DNA of 64,000 nucleotides from Escherichia coli (GTDB lineage Bacteria; Pseudomonadota; Gammaproteobacteria; Enterobacterales; Enterobacteriaceae): NCBI RefSeq assembly GCF_044647545.1, contig NZ_CP172818.1; one strand, 5' to 3'. Shown piece by piece: positions 60,885 to 64,000 of this stretch (position 1 is its first letter; each line of letters starts with the position of its first letter). The notes under the pieces were generated by a model. It saw only the letters and a program-made list of their open reading frames with translations, ran no database searches and was not told where the DNA came from. The position numbers and the translations under genes were made by a program.

Positions 60885-61850
60885 TTACCCCCGAAAGCGG
60901 TCTTGATTCTCAAGGAACCACTGGTAAGTGCTGGCGAGCCCCGCTTCCAGTGAGATTTCGTGATACCAGCCAAGCTGATGCAGGCGTGTCACATCCAGCA
61001 GTTTGCGCGGTGTACCATCCGGTTTACTGGCATCAAAAACCACCCGACCTTTGTAACCCACCACTTTGGCGATGGTTTGCGCCAGCTCGCGGATAGTGCA
61101 GTCAACGCCCGTGCCGACGTTAATGTGCGACAGCATCGGTTGGGTGTTCTCCAGCCAGACTTCGTGCGCCAGCTCCATCACATGAATGCTCGCCGCCGCC
61201 ATATCATCGACGTGCAGAAATTCGCGCATCGGTGTACCGCTGCCCCACACCACCACGTCCGGTGCATTCTGTGCCGTCGCCTCGTGGAAGCGACGCAGCA
61301 ATGCAGGGATCACATGCGAATTACTCGGGTGGAAGTTGTCATGCGGGCCATACAGGTTGGTCGGCATGACCGAGCGATAATCGCGTCCATACTGGCGGTT
61401 GTAAGATTCGCACAGTTTGATCCCGGCGATTTTGGCAATAGCATAAGGCTCGTTAGTCGGCTCCAGCGTACCCTGCAATAACTCGCTTTCTGCCATCGGC
61501 TGTTTTGCCAGTTTCGGGTAGATACAGGACGATCCGAGAAACAGCAGTTTGTTCACGTCGTTCTGATGCGCGGCGTGAATGATGTTGCTCTCAATCATCA
61601 TGTTCTGGTAGATGAAATCTGCCGGATAGGTGTTGTTGGCAACAATGCCGCCCACTTTCGCCGCCGCCAGATAGACCTGGTCAATACGTTCGCTGGCAAA
61701 GAAATCATGCACCGCGCGGCTGTCCAGCAGGTTCAGCTCGTCGCGGGTGCGTAATACCAGTTCCACATCACCGCGCTGTTCGAGCTGCCGCCTGATGGCG
61801 GAACCGACCATCCCGCGATGGCCAGCGATAAAAATGCGTTGTTTACTCAT
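60885..61850 (-). CDS. fcl: GDP-L-fucose synthase, 321 aa
   Basis: [27 protein letters not shown]. Confidence 0.93.
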   Translation of the reverse strand: MSKQRIFIAGHRGMVGSAIRRQLEQRGDVELVLRTRDELNLLDSRAVHDFFASERIDQVYLAAAKVGGIVANNTYPADFIYQNMMIESNIIHAAHQNDVNKLLFLGSSCIYPKLAKQPMAESELLQGTLEPTNEPYAIAKIAGIKLCESYNRQYGRDYRSVMPTNLYGPHDNFHPSNSHVIPALLRRFHEATAQNAPDVVVWGSGTPMREFLHVDDMAAASIHVMELAHEVWLENTQPMLSHINVGTGVDCTIRELAQTIAKVVGYKGRVVFDASKPDGTPRKLLDVTRLHQLGWYHEISLEAGLASTYQWFLENQDRFRG

Positions 61851-61852
61851 GC

Positions 61853-62974
61853 TTATGACTCCAGCGCGATCGCCACGTCGTAGCCGTGAGATTTCAGCAG
61901 AGAGTGTTTTTTCGCCGCTTCAAGGTCATTAGCCACCATTTCAGACACCATCTCTCTGAGGGTGATTTCCGGTTTCCAGCCCAGTTTTTCGTGCGCTTTG
62001 GTCGGGTCGCCGAGCAGCGTTTCAACTTCAGCCGGACGGAAGTAACGCGGATCAACGGCGATAATCACATCACCCGGTTTAACGCCCGGCGCGTCATGCC
62101 CGGTGACGGAAACCACAATGCCCTTCTCTTCAACGCCCGTACCTTCAAAGCGCAGTTTGATGCCCAGTTGTGCTGCCGCCATTTCCACGAACTGACGCAC
62201 GGAGTACTGAACGCCGGTGGCAATAACGAAATCTTCCGGTTGTTCCTGTTGCAGCATCATCCACTGCATTTTTACGTAGTCTTTGGCATGGCCCCAGTCA
62301 CGCAGGGAATCCATATTGCCGAGGTACAGGCACGATTCCAGCCCCTGGGCGATGTTGGCGATTGCGCGGGTGATTTTGCGGGTAACGAAGGTTTCGCCGC
62401 GGCGCGGGGATTCATGGTTGAAGAGAATACCGTTACAGGCGTACATGCCGTAGGATTCGCGGTAGTTAACGGTGATCCAGTAGGCGTACAGTTTGGCGAC
62501 CGCATACGGAGAGCGTGGATAGAACGGCGTGGTTTCTTTCTGCGGAATTTCCTGCACCAGACCATACAGTTCAGAGGTGGAAGCCTGATAGAAACGGGTT
62601 TTCTTTTCCAGACCGAGGAAGCGGATCGCCTCCAGCAGACGCAGCGTACCCATCGCGTCGACGTCAGCGGTATATTCCGGTGACTCAAAAGAAACCGCAA
62701 CGTGGCTCATTGCGCCCAGGTTGTACACTTCATCCGGCTGCACTTCACGCAAAATGCGCGTCAGGTTGGAGGTATCACTCAGGTCGCCATAATGCAGATG
62801 GAATTTCGGGTTGCAGGTGTGCGGATCCTGATAAATGTGATCCACGCGCTCGGTGTTGAATGACGATGCGCGACGCTTAATACCATGCACCTCGTAACCT
62901 TTTTCCAGCAGAAACTCTGCCAGGTAAGAACCGTCTTGTCCGGTTACGCCGGTGATGAGAGCGACTTTTGACAT
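61853..62974 (-). CDS. gmd: GDP-mannose 4,6-dehydratase, 373 aa
   Basis: [31 protein letters not shown]. Confidence 0.95.
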
Positions 62975-63000
62975 GTCTTATTCCTCTGTATTTTTTGAAT

Positions 63001-63549
63001 TTATTCAGTTTCAACGCGTTTGCGTATCACCACTGCGGGGTTCCCCCGGCAAACCACATTTGCCGGAAGCGATTTAAAAACACTGCTTCGCGCACCCACG
63101 ACGGTGCCGTTGCCGATCGTGACGCCAGGGGCAACAAAAACATCTGTCGCCAGCCAGCATTTCTCGCCAATCACAATAGGCGTGGCGTTAATGGTGAAAT
63201 GTTGACTTGCATGGTCGTGGCTCCCGGTGCATAAATAACTTTTTTGCGATATCACCGAATGTGCGCCAATGGTTATTTCACCGAGGGTATATAAATTGAC
63301 CTCATCGCCGACCCACGCGTAATCACCTAAGGTTAATTTCCACGGATAGGTAATTTTTACTGACGGACGAATAACTACGTTTTTTCCTATTTTTGCGCCG
63401 AATAAACGTAATAAAAATGCCCGCCAGCGATACAATACTTGTGGCGACCAGGCAAATATTGTTGCCTGTACCGCCCACCATAATTGCACTTTAATAGCAT
63501 TGCTGCCCCGGAACCCTTTCGGCACCGAGAACCCACTTAAATCCTGCAT
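63001..63549 (-). CDS. wcaF: Colanic acid acetyltransferase WcaF (hexapeptide-repeat), 182 aa
   Basis: Hexapeptide repeats ..IGEKCWLATDVFVAPGVTIGNGTVVGARSSV.. Confidence 0.9.
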   Translation of the reverse strand: MQDLSGFSVPKGFRGSNAIKVQLWWAVQATIFAWSPQVLYRWRAFLLRLFGAKIGKNVVIRPSVKITYPWKLTLGDYAWVGDEVNLYTLGEITIGAHSVISQKSYLCTGSHDHASQHFTINATPIVIGEKCWLATDVFVAPGVTIGNGTVVGARSSVFKSLPANVVCRGNPAVVIRKRVETE

Positions 63550-63564
63550 CGTTTTCCCTTATAT

Positions 63565-64000
63565 TCAGCTTTTGTTATATAAGGCTTTCGTCTTTGAGGT
63601 AGTACGCTGGCGTAAATGCCAGGATAATTCTGCCCAGAAGCCAGGCACATGTAATATTTGCCGTTGGACTTTTTTGGCATCAGCACACAATTCCATATTA
63701 TTGGTGGTAGATACCCCACCCATGGAAAATTCAGACACCAGGCCATTGAGTTTTTTAAATGCATAACCGGCTTTATACATTTTGGCCGCCAGCGCGTAGT
63801 CGGAAGAAACTTTATATTCCAGGTCATAACGCCATTTCTTCAAGCCGGACACCGGGAAAAATATCGCCTGATGACTGGCGGGCAGGCTGTGGTAAATATA
63901 CCAGCCCGGTTTGGCGCTACGTTTAATTTTATGCCCGTCGCCAAAATCCAGCAGCGCATCGCCGGTGATCATCACGTTATCTTTTTGCACTTTTAACTTA
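63565..64000 (-). CDS. wcaE: Colanic acid glycosyltransferase WcaE, C-terminal ~145 codons; 5' end lies beyond the window end
   Basis: Minus-strand frame open to the window edge, stop at 63565-63567; synteny after wcaF. Confidence 0.8.
   Translation of the reverse strand, partial: KLKVQKDNVMITGDALLDFGDGHKIKRSAKPGWYIYHSLPASHQAIFFPVSGLKKWRYDLEYKVSSDYALAAKMYKAGYAFKKLNGLVSEFSMGGVSTTNNMELCADAKKVQRQILHVPGFWAELSWHLRQRTTSKTKALYNKS

Noticed and set aside
61886-62683. 265-aa plus-strand ORF
   Set aside because: Antisense to gmd; same reasoning.

Overview
This window is an Escherichia coli K-12-like chromosomal segment in which every large ORF can be assigned to a known gene; I did not find an obviously novel multi-gene system. 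Gene order is: cobT(partial)-cobS-cobU (minus strand); a cryptic prophage remnant of the CP4-44 type (a TonB-dependent receptor pseudogene split by an IS2 copy, a second IS2-like relic, truncated yeeP, the flu/Ag43 autotransporter with its three-GATC phase-variation switch, yeeR-yeeS-yeeT, the cbeA/cbtA toxin-antitoxin pair, yeeW, and decayed transposase and GTPase fragments); yeeX, yeeA, sbmC, dacD, sbcB, yeeD, yeeE, plaP, yeeY, yeeZ; the complete his operon (hisL leader with attenuator, hisGDCBHAFI); wzzB, ugd, gnd; the O16-type O-antigen cluster (rfbBDAC, wzxB, glf, wbbHIJK, and wbbL interrupted by an intact IS5); galF; and colanic acid genes wcaM through wcaE(partial). No tRNA, rRNA or CRISPR array was recognised. 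The points most worth a second look are all in the accessory part: the cbtA toxin frame is broken into three frames while the cbeA antitoxin is intact; the IS2 copy has an intact insD but an insC with three single-base indels; a previously unremarked inverted IS2-like relic is fused to yeeP; there is a perfect 17-bp inverted repeat upstream of the receptor pseudogene; and, compared with my memory of the MG1655 reference, this sequence lacks yefM-yoeB upstream of hisL and an IS5 next to cobU. All assignments rest on reading the translations and synteny from memory; no database search was run.
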